From NCBI GenBank assembly GCA_951406725.2, contig OX597816.1, positions 110,422,001 to 110,486,000 on the forward strand: a DNA stretch of 64,000 bases, in the 5' to 3' direction. The notes under the pieces are model-generated. The model did no database searches. It saw only the letters and a program-made list of their open reading frames with translations, and had not been told where the DNA came from. Within the stretch, counting starts at the first letter, position 1. Every line of letters begins with the position of its first letter. Both the position numbers and the translations under genes were made by a program. This stretch comes from Octopus vulgaris (lineage: Eukaryota). This document shows, one piece after another, positions 13,693 to 27,781 of this stretch.

Positions 13693-14378
13693 TATTTACA
13701 TACTTACATATATATATGTATATATATAATAGAATAGTGCTCAACGCCGAATGCCGAATTGGTGGATAAATATCGTCTAGGTCTGTGTTAAACGTGTAAG
13801 CAATGGTTTCTTGTAAAGTGTGACCTGTTTACAGTTTTTAAGTGTACCATATGGTAACGTTCATGCTTATCTCCATTTCGGATGGGCATACACGACGTTA
13901 TATAAAATTATTCGTTAATTATATCCTACACTGTGTCAAATCAGGTATTCACATGCGTTACTTGTTGAGATAAAGTGTTCGTCACACGACATACCATCTG
14001 CGTTTTGCAGATGTTAAGATTTACTCGTAGGTTATATAGGGCATACCTTGTGATTTGCAGGTAATAGAAGAGAAGCTACTCAAAATAGGATAAAATATTT
14101 AACTGCTGTGAATGTCCACTAATATCTCTTATGCGAAGTCATGAAATATATTAGTAATAAATATTTACTACTAATAATTAGTAATAAATATTTAGAAACA
14201 TATGTCTTCCAAATCAAAAGATTCGGGAATTTACTGTAAAATAAGCAACTATATAATATGATTTTCAATTTTATATGTCATATTATAGTATCACAGATTC
14301 TTACATGTACAGAAATACAATAAAATATTTCGATCTTTCGAGACTTAATATCATCATTCATCCAAGGCTTTATTCACT

Positions 14379-14985
14379 TACAACATTACACGCTGTACTG
14401 GTGATAGTGTTAACTTGTCCAGATAAATTATTCTATGGAGGCCCAATTTGCTGCAAGTTCTTAATTACTGATCATGGCAAACGAATTCCACTTGACGAAC
14501 ATTCAAATTATGTGATATCTATTTATATAATGTTCGTTTGTGGGATACTTTAATATGTAGATATGTTCGATTGTATGTATAGATTGACTCTTTCTGTGCA
14601 TCTGGAATGTTCATGTTTGAAAGGAAAGAATTCAAACTTTAGTATTTCTCAATATTATCATTTAATCTAGTCTGTAATTAATTATCCTTCGGATAAATAT
14701 ATCTTTCGATTGAAATAGTTGAACAGTTTCGACATAAGGATTAAAAATACCCTCTTTCATCAATTACGAATTCTCCAATCACGCAATTAATTGTTTTAAT
14801 ATATCACAAAAGTACATTCATGTTACAGTTATATAATTAGGAATGCTAAATTGCTTGCAATATTCCATTCCATAACTTAAAAATTCTTAACAGCATGTTA
14901 TATTTCTTTGAATTTGTTGAATCATAATTTGGGGAAAAGAATTTTTGCCTCATCCCCAGTTCATGATTTGATTGTCTTAAAATTG
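14379..14985 (+). repeat. Dispersed direct repeat, copy 1 (probable donor)
   Basis: TACAACATTACACGCTG...GTCTTAAAATTG, near-identical to 22677-23197. Confidence 0.95.
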
Positions 14986-15339
14986 AGCATCACTCATACT
15001 ATGTCTTATTATCTGCAAATTCTGTTTTTCTTGACGAAGGCAACCGTTTAGAAAATGATATTATAATTTTGATGGATTGCATTTTCATTCTGAGTATAAA
15101 ATATATTTTTCAGGTTACAGATATTATTTCTAAGACTGGGAATAGGAATTCAAATGGTTTCTTTTCATTACGTTGCAAATAGATTATTCGACTTCCGTAG
15201 GTTGAGATTTGTTGTAAATGTGTTTGTTTGTGCGCTCATGCTGACAGATAACATATATCTGGTACATCTTCTCTTTCTCAAGTGCAAAGAATGGTTGCAT
15301 CAGTATGGTTAGCATTATTTTGAGTCTTCTATATGCAGT

Positions 15340-17100
15340 TTCAGATAAGCAAGTTTTAAACGTTTGGTTTGGCTTTTCGCATATTATTTAACAATGTTGA
15401 TGGTAAACAATGTTTCGTTTCAGGAGATAATATACTCTTCTCAAAATTCCACTTAATAACTGAAACAAAAATATGCACAAATTTTTGCAAGAATACTGAT
15501 GGTAGATCACTGAAGACATTGTGACAAAAATCTGACAAACCCAATGTGAGAACATTGTGCATCTATAATGAAAAATACGTACATATACTAAGCTGTTGTG
15601 TATCACTTCATACAATATGTATTTATTCCAGTTTTCCTAGGTTTGCATATTCAGAAAAATGCCCGTAAGCAGCTATGCAATAAAATGCGTTAATTAGTGT
15701 TGGCAATTTGTTTTTATTAACTAACTTAAATCTCGATATTTCTATCGCAGAAGTAAAGGTCAGTTTTGTGAGAAATAAAAGTGATTATGGAACAGATAGG
15801 TCCTCTAGTTGAAATGGTGTTTTATTGTTTAACACATTTAAAAATTGAATATACACGCACCTAAGAAGAATATGAATACTTGGACATTAGCTATTAATTT
15901 TCAGTAGAAGGTTGGTTGGCTTTTATGGTTAAATGGGCACTACTCTCACGATTTAGACGTACATAAGATCCAGGAGAAATACATAGTGCGGAATCAGGGT
16001 GCTTTTTTTTCATAACATATTTCGGAACAGACTGTGAAGGTAGTTTGAGATGAATCTTTGACAAATATGCCTCTCCACCTACGTTCATACACATAGTGCG
16101 CTAATTTGATGATGTAATATTGGTAAGTGGTAGGTGCAATGGTAACAGAAATTTCTGTATTATTTTTGGCACAAATTTCCTGAATGTTAGAATCTGATGC
16201 TTTCAAATCACTTTAATTTGAACCTTTCATCAGATACAAATCTGGCGGCAATTTGTTTTTTCCAATATTCACAGATTAGAATGAAAAATATTTAAAAACT
16301 GAATTGTTTGTGAAAAGCGGTTTACAGTTAACAGTGCATTGCTAGCGCCAGATGATCCCATAATACAGATATGAATCAACACACAGTCTTGCATCACCAT
16401 TTGACTTTTATTACAAAAATAAAAGTACTGTATCAAAGTGTCTCAGGATATGCACATTTTAAACTGACAGGAACAAATGTCAGCGAACTTCAGATGACAG
16501 GAATTAGTTTGGGTTCCTGGAAATGATTTGTTCATTAATGTATGAGACTGACGCTGAAGTATCATCCGCTAATGCTGTAGTTATTGTAGCTATCCGAAAT
16601 TTTCTGCGAAGAGTGTGCAGTAGCCCACATATTCTCGCTTACATCATAATTAAATTTTACAATGCTGTCAACCTTGCATCTACTCTACTTTACTTTACAC
16701 GGGGTTCAGTCAAACGATAGAAAGTTCTATCTTTTCCTCTTGTCTTTTTAAGCCAAAATTCTAAGACTAAAGTTGCATATGTGCTTGTTCTCTCTTTGCT
16801 AAGTTAACGAAAATCCAGTTATATCTAGTCGCCCTTGATACCGGCATGCCTAAATAAAAATAGTAGTCTATTCTGAGCTTACCAATGACTGGTATAGTAT
16901 GTGCTCATCTAGTAAAAGATTCAGAAATAGCACTGCAAATATATTTGAGAAAAGATGTAGCGAGATGAAAGTTTGTGTTGAACTATTTCCAAGGTCCAGT
17001 CAACGTTGCCATAAACGGCATAAGCTCACATGATTGTGCCTCGGCAAATCAGGCTGAATGTTATCGAGAAATCTCTCAGTCAAACAGATTATACAATGTT
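15340..17100 (-). mobile_element. Ancient hAT transposase relic (ZMYM1/P52rIPK-like)
   Basis: On the minus strand, in order: ALADDTSASVSYINEQI (~16520-16580, similar to SILADETTDISHKEQL), HYVYERRW (~16070-16100, RW motif), and EKS..LLKR...LLNNMRK (~15370-15445, similar to hATC ERSFS.LKR.KTYLRNTM). Confidence 0.55.
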
Positions 17101-18165
17101 CTGTGCCAGTAAAATAAAGCTATTAGTTTCTATTCGATGTTATGTCATTTTCCATATATGATGCCATGTAAAATTGTTCTATGATCAAATATAAATAATG
17201 ACTGAAGATACTACACAGGGTTAGGTGATAAATCTCACAAAAAGATGGTCGAAATTTTTAAAATCAATCTTTCCGCACTAATTAAATATTGAATTGATGT
17301 TGAATTTTATATCAGCATGACGAAGAGACTAAATGATCTGCTATTCCTCAATTTTCAAATACTGTTATTCATTCAACTGCTGTAAAAATTATATAATGTG
17401 ACTCTGCTCAAATATGCAGGATGGCAAATTATTTTCGATGATTGTAATACTGTGATTGTAATACTGTTGCAAGTACCGCATATATGTTTGATTATCGTCG
17501 ATTATTCGTTAGTTACTCTATACCGACATTACCAATGGTGACACAGACAGAAACAGCTCAGCTAGAAAAATACCTATTCAAGAAAAGGTCCGTCGAAACT
17601 AAAACACGGATGAAACGCTAAACAACACCAACACTCGATATCTCAAATTAAATACCAATTTCACTTTTGCAACAAATTTCAACCGAGAAACCAAGCTTGT
17701 TTAGATGGGCTACACATGCTAACTACTGCATAATGAATCCATTCCTGTACTAGATGCCTTTCTATACATATACACTCGTTAAAGAAAGGTCTGGCTGCTA
17801 TTTTGCACGACTCCACCATATCCCAGTATGTTTGAATGAAGTAATTCGTCTACATGAATCTTTTTCTTGTTTTTCATAATGCATATAACGGTAAGTACTG
17901 CTAAGCTAAGATTTTTTTTATCGCTGACGTTATAAACAAAACCAGTGTCTTGTTTAGGTTCAAATCTTCTGTTTCTTCTAGTTAACTAGGCATAGCATGG
18001 CGAAAACCGGTGTACAAGAAATCCTTGTGCCAAGAAACAGAAGGTATTGTCGGCACACTATTGTTGTAAACGGCATGGTCTAGTCAACTGTGACGTACCA
18101 AAAACCCATTACCACATTTCCATTCAAGTCTCAGTGAAAGCTTTAAGAAGGAATATGCATTATTC

Positions 18166-18280
<115 letters not shown>

Positions 18281-18634
18281 CAACAATTGCAACGAGAGAA
18301 AATATGGAAAATGGTACAATTTGAAAACCTGTTTCCTTTTATTATACAATATAACGTGGCATATTCTTATGATTACGACGACCTACACCTACTTCCACTG
18401 CATGGTAGTATGGTAGTTGCATAAGCAACCGGGTATACTTGTCTGCGCGTCTTCGGTCAGGATCTTTCATCCGGCTTGGTTCGAAGCGAACAGTTCATAT
18501 ATTTATATATCAATATATATATATCAAGATATATATATATATATATATATATAAGCACCAACAGACATGGCACCAGGTATGTTTAGTTATGTAAGATATG
18601 TTATCTAATTATAGCGGTTACAGTGTTTAGCATA

Positions 18635-18810
18635 GGGTAGCAATTTCGGGTAAGTGCGTAACTCAATTTCATCGACAATTTCATCGACTCTGGTGTTCAA
18701 CTGGAACTTATTTTATCGACCCCGAAAGAATGAACCGTGAAGTTGACTCCGACGGCATTTGAACTCATAATGTAAAGTTTGTAGAAAAGTCGCTCAGCAT
18801 ATTTTCATAA
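18635..18810 (-). mobile_element. Diverged SINE (family of 55034-55438)
   Basis: ACTTATTTTATCGACCCCGAAAGAATGAA...GTTGACTCCGACGGCATTTGAACTC. Confidence 0.8.
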
Positions 18811-19614
18811 CTTTCTCTTCTTAGTAATGATTATTTTTTGCTGTTGTTAATATTTTTAGTTGCAGTATGGTATCATTTGTCATATATTATTGTGTAGAAC
18901 GTTGAAATCGCTGACTAGGAGCTTCTGGATTTCTGCTAAAAGATTATAGTCGAGCTTAAATCATTGGTTGGTCGGGTCAGGGGGAAATTGTTTTCCTAGC
19001 AGAATGTGGGTGCAACGTAATTTATTTGCAGAATATATTCGGTACGTTTCGTTTTTGTTAATTATCTTATGTCAACATCTCTTTTATCAATTTTCACAGC
19101 CAATAACATTCAACCCCAATATCAAAATTAATGACGTATAGAAAGTAAAGTAAGAATACTTTCTTGCCATGATTATTTGCAGTACAATTACTATCAGTAA
19201 AGTACCCTGACTAATGGTATTGAAATAAGCCATTATTGAAGTTCTTTTAATCCTCAGATTTTTTTTTTCTTTCTGAAGCATTTTATTGTGCACTGATAGG
19301 TTTTGTCTATATATTCCACTTTAGAAGAGGAAGCAAAATCACTTGAATCGCTGGATTAAAATTACGGTCTTTAGCCGATAGCTAAACTCTTAGTAGAAAT
19401 AGGAAATATTCTCCGTGAGATGTGTCAGAAGGCTGATTGATGCACAGAGATGCAGATTGATTATAAATATATATTAATATATTAAATATGTAAGAATACT
19501 TTACGTTATTCAGTATAGTAGCTGATATATTTGGGCATTAAGAATTACTTCGTTGGCATTGCTCTCACAATAATAAGAACAGCAACAACAAAACCAATTA
19601 TATATTTTTTAAAA

Positions 19615-19805
19615 TGCTTTCTACAATAGGCATTAGGCTTCATATTTTGAGGGAATGTGGCTAGTCAATTACATTGACCCAAGTGGTCAACTGGTATACT
19701 TATTTTACGGAACCATCTGCGGCATTTGAATTCAGACTATAAAACCAGAAGAAATATCGCTGGGTATTTTGTCACGTGTGCTCATTATTCTACTAGTTCG
19801 CACCC
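19615..19805 (-). mobile_element. Diverged SINE (family of 55034-55438), followed by (CAA)/(CAT)/(TAT)n tract
   Basis: CATTGACCCAAGTGGTCAACTGGTATACTTATTTT...GGCATTTGAATTCAGA. Confidence 0.7.
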
Positions 19806-19863
19806 TAGAAACAAGAGCAACAACAACAACAACAACAGCATCCATCATCATCATCATCATCAG

Positions 19864-19911
<48 letters not shown>

Positions 19912-19914
19912 TAA

Positions 19915-20494
19915 TATTTTTGAGTGATAGAGCAGTGCATGCCTTCAAAGTGACAGCTTTAAAATATACGAAGCCCTGTATACCCATCATGACTACCCGT
20001 CTGATATGGGTAAACCAGGCACATGCATCACAACTATACTGATCTCATATCAAGATAAACAGCACATTATCTTTCAGGTGGAGCCCAGATAGAATTTTCT
20101 TCAGGTCGAGTAGCCCATCCTACTCAACAATTCCTGAATAGAGGGTTGTTTAAGGATGATGAACAATAACCCATGTTTCCAGAGGTGAATTATCCAAACA
20201 CCCCAAAATCCTCTCAACACATGGCTATGATGTTCTCCCACTACTTCTGCTCGTGATCAGCAATACACATATCATTAGTCACTTAGGGAGGTCCTCAACT
20301 GGTTAAGGTCAAGCAACTAACAAGCAAATCCGTTGTACTGAGCAGAATATTCGTTGTAGCCTATGTTTTATACTAAGACAAAACAATGTACACGGTAACA
20401 CTTCCAATCAGTTAAGATCAGAAGCCTGGTACTGCATCAGGGCATAGCCACTGCCTGATACTGCATCAAGGCATTGACGTACTGTATCAGGGAA

Positions 20495-20495
<1 letters not shown>
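19915..20495 (-). mobile_element. Interspersed repeat between (TAT)n tracts, probably the 3' end of a non-LTR retrotransposon
   Basis: GC-richer block with sharp borders, flanked on both sides by (TAT)n. Family not confidently assigned. Confidence 0.5.
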
Positions 20496-20571
<76 letters not shown>

Positions 20572-20629
20572 CATCATCGTCATCATCATGATCCTTAATA
20601 TTATTCATAGTCTTATTATTATCATAACC

Positions 20630-20822
20630 CTTTCTTACACACGCGCAAAGCGTGAAATTTTGGTAAGGGGATAGTCATTAGATCAGCCCCAGTGCGTAAC
20701 TGATACTTATTTTATCAACCAAAAGGTGACCAAATGCAATAATAACCGTGATGTATTTTGATCTTAAGACGTAAGAAGGACAAAATACCGCTACGCATCT
20801 GGTCCGGCGTGCGAACTTACAT
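20630..20822 (-). mobile_element. Diverged SINE (family of 55034-55438)
   Basis: CCCCAGTGCGTAACTGATACTTATTTTATCAACC...AAATACCGCTACGCAT...GTCCGGCGTGC. Confidence 0.75.
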
Positions 20823-21299
20823 AATAGCACACATTTTTTAATGAAGATAAAGAACGGTAGCAACATTGACAAACATGCTATGTAAGGATTTATTCTATTC
20901 AGTGCATAAATTATTCAACGAGCATCATATTTGAAGCAGCAGGAGACAGATATTAGTGACAAATGTTATTATATAAAATAAGAAATAACAACTGAGAACA
21001 TATATATCATACGTCCCTGTTTAGGAGAACTGAGTGCGTTTGTGTTTATCGTGACATTGTTAAGCGTTTAATAGAAAATAAGACACGCAATTATTAATGT
21101 ACATTCATATAAGATTTCGGTTAGTCATGAAAGCCACATAGTTCACACATATGGGAAGTGTTAAACATCAAATAGGAAAACGATCGATTATATATAAACT
21201 GCGAGAGCAGAACTGCATAGATGTATGTTCTCTAGAATATTACTCACACTAGGACAAACACTGCTGCTATAGAATCATGTCGAATCGATAGAATTCTGG

Positions 21300-21725
21300 G
21301 GAATCAATGGAAATTTATCTCGAAGACTTAAACGAAGGATGCTTTCATTTTATCGAAAGAGAATGGGAATTCACGCCCATCATGATAACAAATACCAGTT
21401 TAGCTGTATTTGAAAAGGTGGGTATTCTTATTACATCTAACTTATAAAACCGGAGATGGGTTTATTATCCATATCAGAAGTGGTGTGACCTTCATAACCC
21501 CTCATGAGATGTTGATGGTTATTTTAAAGAGGATCTAACGGATTGGAACGCTTCCAGTAGACGTCCTTTCACGAATGTCATGTATTTTGAAAATACGACT
21601 GATTACCATAAAATAGCTGTAATCGATTCAATTTGCTTCCTATTGTTGTCTTGCTGTACGTCATGTCCCAATTAGGCAAGTTTTCATTTTACAATCGTCT
21701 GAAAAAAAGTATCCACACTGCAATC
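21300..21725 (+). mobile_element. Ancient PLE RT relic
   Basis: CFHF..(MG)..PIMITNTSLAVFEK....NL*NRRWVYY, similar to MGSPLSP.IAN..M..FEK...P..W.RYVDD. Then FTNV..EN...KIAVID and FSFYNRLKKSIHT, similar to FSVYRKPTHT. Confidence 0.45.
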
Positions 21726-22559
21726 CAAGATATCGGATAAGACGTGTATTTTGTATCATTCAAATACGTAGCAGGAAGGAGACTAAACTATGAACCAACA
21801 ACAGTAAACTAATGTGAAATTTCGTGTGTGACAAACATGTAGGCTTTAAAAACCGATGCTTAGCTCCTCCCAGTGGATGTGTAGCATTTATGATGTGTCA
21901 CCTAGTTTGTGAAATGCTAGTTTCTTCACTGCATAAATTTTGTGTGTGAATGATCCAAAGTACAAATTCTCAAAGAGTTCGATATTGAGGAGAATAACCG
22001 AAACGAGAAAATTTTGGATTTTACTATTCTTCACCTTTAATTTTATTTTTCTTTACGTTTTTTTATTATTTTGTACTACTTTTGTTCTTCCTGCACGAAA
22101 ACAACTATTCTCTAATAACCACAAAGTGCCTGATAAAACATTAACGTATCAATTTTTCACTGTATAAATATTCGCGATTGCTTTCCTTTAATTCTTTATT
22201 TTTTATTTTTAACGTGCTACTAAAAAGCAACTTTCACGCTAAATTTACACTTTGAATGGCATGAGTTCAAATGGTGGATACAGCCATGTTAAAGTCAAGA
22301 CATCGTAACAACCATACAAGAAGCTCACTGGAATAAAACTAAAACTAGCACTTTCTTAAAAGTGTCTTCCAAGCAGAAAATAATGAATATGTCTCTAAGT
22401 ATAAGTGCAATGTTCTAGCTCTTATAAACATATTCTGTAGCAACTGTACAATCAATTTTGCCTTATATGTAAGCATACCATTCACCAGACATAAAGTTCC
22501 CCACAACTTTCATAAATGAAGTAATGATGTAACTTGTCACGTGAAGGATTAATGCACAA

Positions 22560-23700
22560 TATTGATTATTATGGATTAAATAGCTTTCTACATATATTTC
22601 AGTATTTTGATCATAACTAAAGACTCTATTTTAGCAGCAGCCGGTTTGCAAACAAAATTTCTTTCAAGATTTAACATACAACATTACACGCTGTACTGGT
22701 GATAGTGTTAACTTGTCCAGATAAATTATTCTATGGAGGCCCAATTTGCTGCAAGTTCTTGATTACTGATCATATGTTCGATTGTATGTATAGATTGACT
22801 CTTTCAGTGCATCTGGAATGTTCATGTTTGAAAGAAAAGAATTAAAACTAGTATTTCTCAATATTAACATTTAATCTAGTCTGTAATTAATTATCCTTCG
22901 GATAAATATATCTTTCGATTGAAATAGTTGAACAGTTTCGACATAAGGATTAAAAATACCCTCTTTCATCAATTACGAATTCTCCAATCACGCAATTAAT
23001 TGTTTTAATATATCACAAAGTACATTCATGTTACAGACAGTTATATAATTAGGAATGCTAAATCGTTTGCAATATTCCATTCCATAACCTAAAAATTCTT
23101 AACAGCATGTTATATTTCTTTGAATTTTTTTAATCATAATTTGGGGAAAAGAATTTTTGTCTCATCACCAGTCCATGATTTGATTGTCTTAAAATTGTTT
23201 TCTGCCCATTTTTTCCGTACAGGTCTGTGAAAGAAGAATGCTTATTTTAAATATCCAGACAGCGTCCCGGAGAAAGGCAGCGGAGATGGCAATGATATTA
23301 GAAGACGTAACTTTGGAATTAACATCCTTTTATAATTCATAACTTTTCTCCTGCTGAAGGAGTAATCGCTCTCCTGCGAGAAATACTGTACCATCGGAAA
23401 AAAATCTACCGTCCAAACATACAGATGCTTGATAGTTGTTATTCTGCAAGTGTCTCATCTTATACTAAACTTTACTTGCATAAAGAGTAGGTAAAGTCTA
23501 AAAAGATTTCTTGATATAATTTGAAATGTTGCAATACAACAGTTCCAACAGTATCAAAATTAAGCTGCATCACTTAGGAACCACCAGACTGAGGTTATGC
23601 AGCAAAAAGTCAAACGAGCACTTTCCCAGTAGACATTGACGTATGCATGGAGATGATCTTGTGGATGTGGTTACTAGGATACTCTAAAGTGAGGTTTGAG
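22560..23700 (-). mobile_element. Ancient RTE-like RT relic, interrupted by repeat copy 2
   Basis: YQASVCLDGRFFSD (~23395-23440). Joining the two flanks of 22677-23197 gives in-frame SSFTDL....QKMLNLE.....AAAKIESLVMIKILKYM, similar to LFADD...Q.ML......AKIGL.IN..KTKYM. Confidence 0.4.
22677..23197 (+). repeat. Dispersed direct repeat, copy 2 (internally deleted)
   Basis: Matches 14379-14985 but lacks ~14477-14563. Confidence 0.95.
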
Positions 23701-24484
23701 AATCGTAACATGCAACCTAAATTGCTTTATATCTTTGACTATGAGACTACATTTGCACTTACACATGTCTCGCAATTGATACTGGCATCATTCACTGAAT
23801 TGTGTAAAAAATGAAATCCTCTCAGTTCATCAGAACGACTGAACTTGTATTGACAACCGAATCTACTTACTGCTCTATTTATCAATCAACTGTAAATCAT
23901 TTCATTCTGTTCCTCTTAGTCTTGTCAACTGTTAATGACAGCAATTAAGGACATGTTTCAACCACTATCTCTTCGCTTGGATTTCCTCTTATTTCTCTTT
24001 CTGTAAGCATTTCTGTCTCTTTGTCCATCTCACATATTGTCTATATATCACTGTTTAGCTATTTTACATTGTTTCGAGAGTATATTAAAAGCATTTGCAA
24101 ACAGGTTACAAGTCATCACCACTATTAATCAGTAATATACCTAACCAAATAGTATCTAATTTTAGTTACAAAAAACGTAAATCTATTGAGAAGAGCGTAG
24201 CTATTTCCAGTTCTAAAGTAACATAGAGAACGCCTCTAATCATATTAGTCTCTTGGATATTTGCTCTGCTATAAAACATAGACGTAAACTATAATGCGGC
24301 TAGCCAATTAAACTTTCGTTAGTATGTTAAATACTATATTGAAATGCTTTCTGTATTTTTTGCCTACCTTTGGGACGAAAACCTTATTGGCTTCAGTAAC
24401 TCAGTAGTCCGTTCTACACTATCTCGTGATACAAGGATGGCAACTTCTTTTTTCTAGCAATGTAAATAGTAACTGTCCATGTCT

Positions 24485-24602
24485 GAAATGAAAGGATGAA
24501 AAGAAAAGTCGACCTCGGCAGAATTTAAACCCAGAACGTAAAGACGAAATGCCACTAAGTTGTTTCCCGACGTGCTATCGATTCTAGCAGCTCGCTGCCT
24601 TA
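24485..24602 (-). mobile_element. SINE 5' half (family of 55034-55438)
   Basis: GAAAGGATGAAAAGAAAAGTCGACCTCGGCAGAATTTAAACCCAGAACGT...CTAGCAGCTCGCTGCCTT. Confidence 0.85.
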
Positions 24603-25829
24603 ACAATAACAATATATTAATGTTAATATTAAAAAGCAATAACAATAACTATTTATCGTTTTGTTGCAATGCAAATGATATACAGTGATGTTACAATACA
24701 TCTGGTGATAAACTTAGTATTATAAAAATGAAAGTATAAATAAGACATTTAATAATAAGGACACCGTTTGCAAGAACGATCGAGCGTAAATTAGATAGCT
24801 GGCTACGTTACAATTTGATAGCAATATTTGTGTAATTTAGCCCCGATATTATGTAGTGCATTTATGTAATTAATTTACATCATTCTGAAATTATCTGATA
24901 GATTACGAGACAACATTATAATAGCTCCGCTGTTTTAAAGTGTATATTGTCATCGCATTATATTTGTGATTGTATTAATATTCTCAACTCCGCATTTTAT
25001 TTCACAACAGTTTTATTACCTGCGACGGAAGGACACAGAAATGCAGAAATGCCTAGCATTCTGTTGGTGAACAAATTTGAGATAAAAGCTGCCCGTGTGT
25101 AAACAGTTATATATTTATTTTGACAAACTTTAAGGTTGTGAACAATGGAGGATATACATTTACAGCACTAATCATATACTTACTCGCAGCTCATGCAATG
25201 CATACTGTGCTTCTACATCATTAATTAACTTCATTAGCACTTTTCAGGTGGAAATGATATTCGTATTCATATCAAGATAATAACACTCAACAGTCATTGG
25301 CAGCCATGAGTTACCCATGATTGCTGAACATATATAGAGGCATATAACAAACCTGCATCCTTACTATCATATCTATCTTTTATCTGATTATTTGTTTTCG
25401 TCTCGAATGTCTTGCTAGCAATTAAAATAATAATAACAAAATAGTCATAGCTTCCAACATCCCTCCTTTTGTTCTACTTCGTTAATGTGAAGCATAATAA
25501 GTAACAAATTCAGTAGATGAGTCACGATAAATTGTATACCTCACATTCTCCAATACTATATAGATTGTCTTCTCTTTCACCTCTTCTCTCCGTTGTTTTC
25601 CTCCTCGATTCTGCGCCCTAAACGATTTTTGCCAATATCTTTTTATCCTCCCTGTTTTTCTACGATATCATTTGTATGAATTACAAAAAGTCCTTTGGTT
25701 AAGATAAGCGATAATGATTAGTAAAAACTCATAGCTGTCTCTTTCTCTGTTGCCCTTCACAAAATCGGAAATATGTATTTGATTTTTTTTCTGTTTTTCC
25801 ATTTTCCAAACTTAATCCTGCAAATGGAA

Positions 25830-27140
25830 GTGACCGTTAGGACAATGAAAGAGTGGAATGTGGTAACACAAAAGACGAAATTCTTGTAGAAGTACCAGAA
25901 AGATCAATGAAGGATCACATGGCAACATGCAGTAGTGAGGATGAAAATATCGCTACGGGAGGGAGAACTACATATCAGAAGAATAAATTTATCTAGTTCA
26001 ACGTTGAAATGTGAGACAAACTAAGGCTGTAAAGATTTAACAGCTTGTAGAGGGTGGAAAGAGTATGGAACGCAGTAAAAAAGTTGGTTAATTATCAATG
26101 AAAATCCCAATGGTGAATATAAAGGATATAAATAATCCAATATACAGGGCAACTGATGTTGATGTCAAAATTGTGAGAGATAGACGTGAAGAAGGAAATG
26201 GGACAAAGACACTGCTGAAAAAACAGATTGAGAGGCAAATTGGATTTAATAGAAGTTATAGAAAGTTAATTGCTATAGTTGAAAAATGTACTGTGAAGCA
26301 ACATTGAACCCAAAGCAAACAATACCATTACATATAGTGGGATGAAGGCTTGTAATGAAAATGCATGATAAAAATACGTAAGGGCTAATTCGAGTAAATT
26401 GGTAAGGAGAGAATCAATGAGTGTCAGCAGAACAAGTTTATGTCACAATGTAGGTAAAAGGTGAAAGACGAGCAGGAAATAAAAGGAATGATACACCAAA
26501 TGCTGAAGCAGCAAAAACAAAAAACACTTTTGGTTAGACGCCTAATACAAAAATGAAGCAGGCTAGCATTGGACGATTAAATGGGAAAAGATAATTAGAT
26601 CAAGGCAAGACAATATAAATATTTCAGAAGAGGGTTTAAAAGCTGAAAAATGTGCCGAACTGAATATCTCCTGAATCCGATAGCGTGCAGTTATCGGAAT
26701 TTTAAGATTTTATGAGCATGCACATATATAAAACCAACCTTTACTATTGGTACAGAAGACGGAAAATGAAATTAACAACATGAATGGTAGTATTAATACA
26801 GAAGGATGAAAGAAAAAGAAGTCAGTAATTTTACTCCTCTTACATGGCTGTCATTGCTCGGAACTCTCCAAACTAGTTTAGTAGCAAGTAACATGGATAT
26901 ATTTCGGGAGAAAAAGAATGTATATCAGAAAATACAGAAAGGCATCAAAAGTACTGCTGGTGTATAGTATAATGAAAACATGATTCTGATTGGGGCACGA
27001 ATATAAATGCACTAAGCTTTGATTGCCTAGAATATAAAAAAAGCACACGATTGTTTTTCCAAATAACTCCCGGCATTCGAAGTCGGTAGGCCCTTGGGAA
27101 GCATTCGCAGATTATGAGGTTTTGTAGGGAAACAAATGGG
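25830..27140 (+). mobile_element. Probable ancient R4/Dong-type LINE, N-terminal region
   Basis: Strongly purine-rich coding-like strand with weak motifs near 26930-27130, similar to the KFW..IW and NWKAPG regions that precede the RT. Confidence 0.35.
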
Positions 27141-27339
27141 ATCGAGGAAATTACAAAGGAAGTGCAGGAGTGAATTCTTATCAAATGGGAAAATACAGAT
27201 GTGAACATTTCAGATAAACTCGGTTTGCCAGTAATTTTCGGTTTTGTTTTGACCGTGTTCACATATATGGTGAGAAAATATGAGATCCTCACTAAGCCGG
27301 GCGAGACTATAATATCTGCTATATACGGTTGATAATTAT

Positions 27340-27720
27340 AATAATAATGGGAGGGCAACAATTCTCTGGGACATTGACTTCCAGACAGACATGTTCTTAG
27401 AGCACCGAAGGCCGGGTATAGCAAGCTTTAGGAAGAACAAACAAGAGTGCATAATAATTGACGTAGCAGTGCCAGAAGGTCAACATATCATGAAAGAAAG
27501 AGAAAAGGTTGAGACCTGAGAATTGAGATTGCTACGATGCGGTAGCTACGAGAGTCAAAGATAAAGGTTATTGGAGCATTGGGTTCAATACCAATGCTAG
27601 GTGTATTGCAAAAGTCGGCATTACTTGGAACTGCATGAATATTGCGTCAAGTACTATCTGTCTGAGGTCACTGTTGTGACTTGACCAACAGTACAGACGC
27701 CCGGTAGACACAATATCTTC
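27340..27720 (+). mobile_element. R4/Dong-clade LINE 3' end (restriction-like endonuclease)
   Basis: ATILWDIDFQTDMFLEHRRPGI.....KQECIIIDVAVP...EREKVE..LRIEI...IGALGSIP..LQKSALLGTA*ILRQVL. Confidence 0.9.
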
Positions 27721-27781
27721 AATCAACAACCTCGCAATATTGTATACTGAGCGACGTCTATAATAATAATAATAAGGATAA

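Noticed and set aside
18440-18480. Hammerhead-like CGGATGA...GAAG on the minus strand
   Set aside because: Core deviations are not compensatory, stem II is mismatched and there is no convincing stem I.
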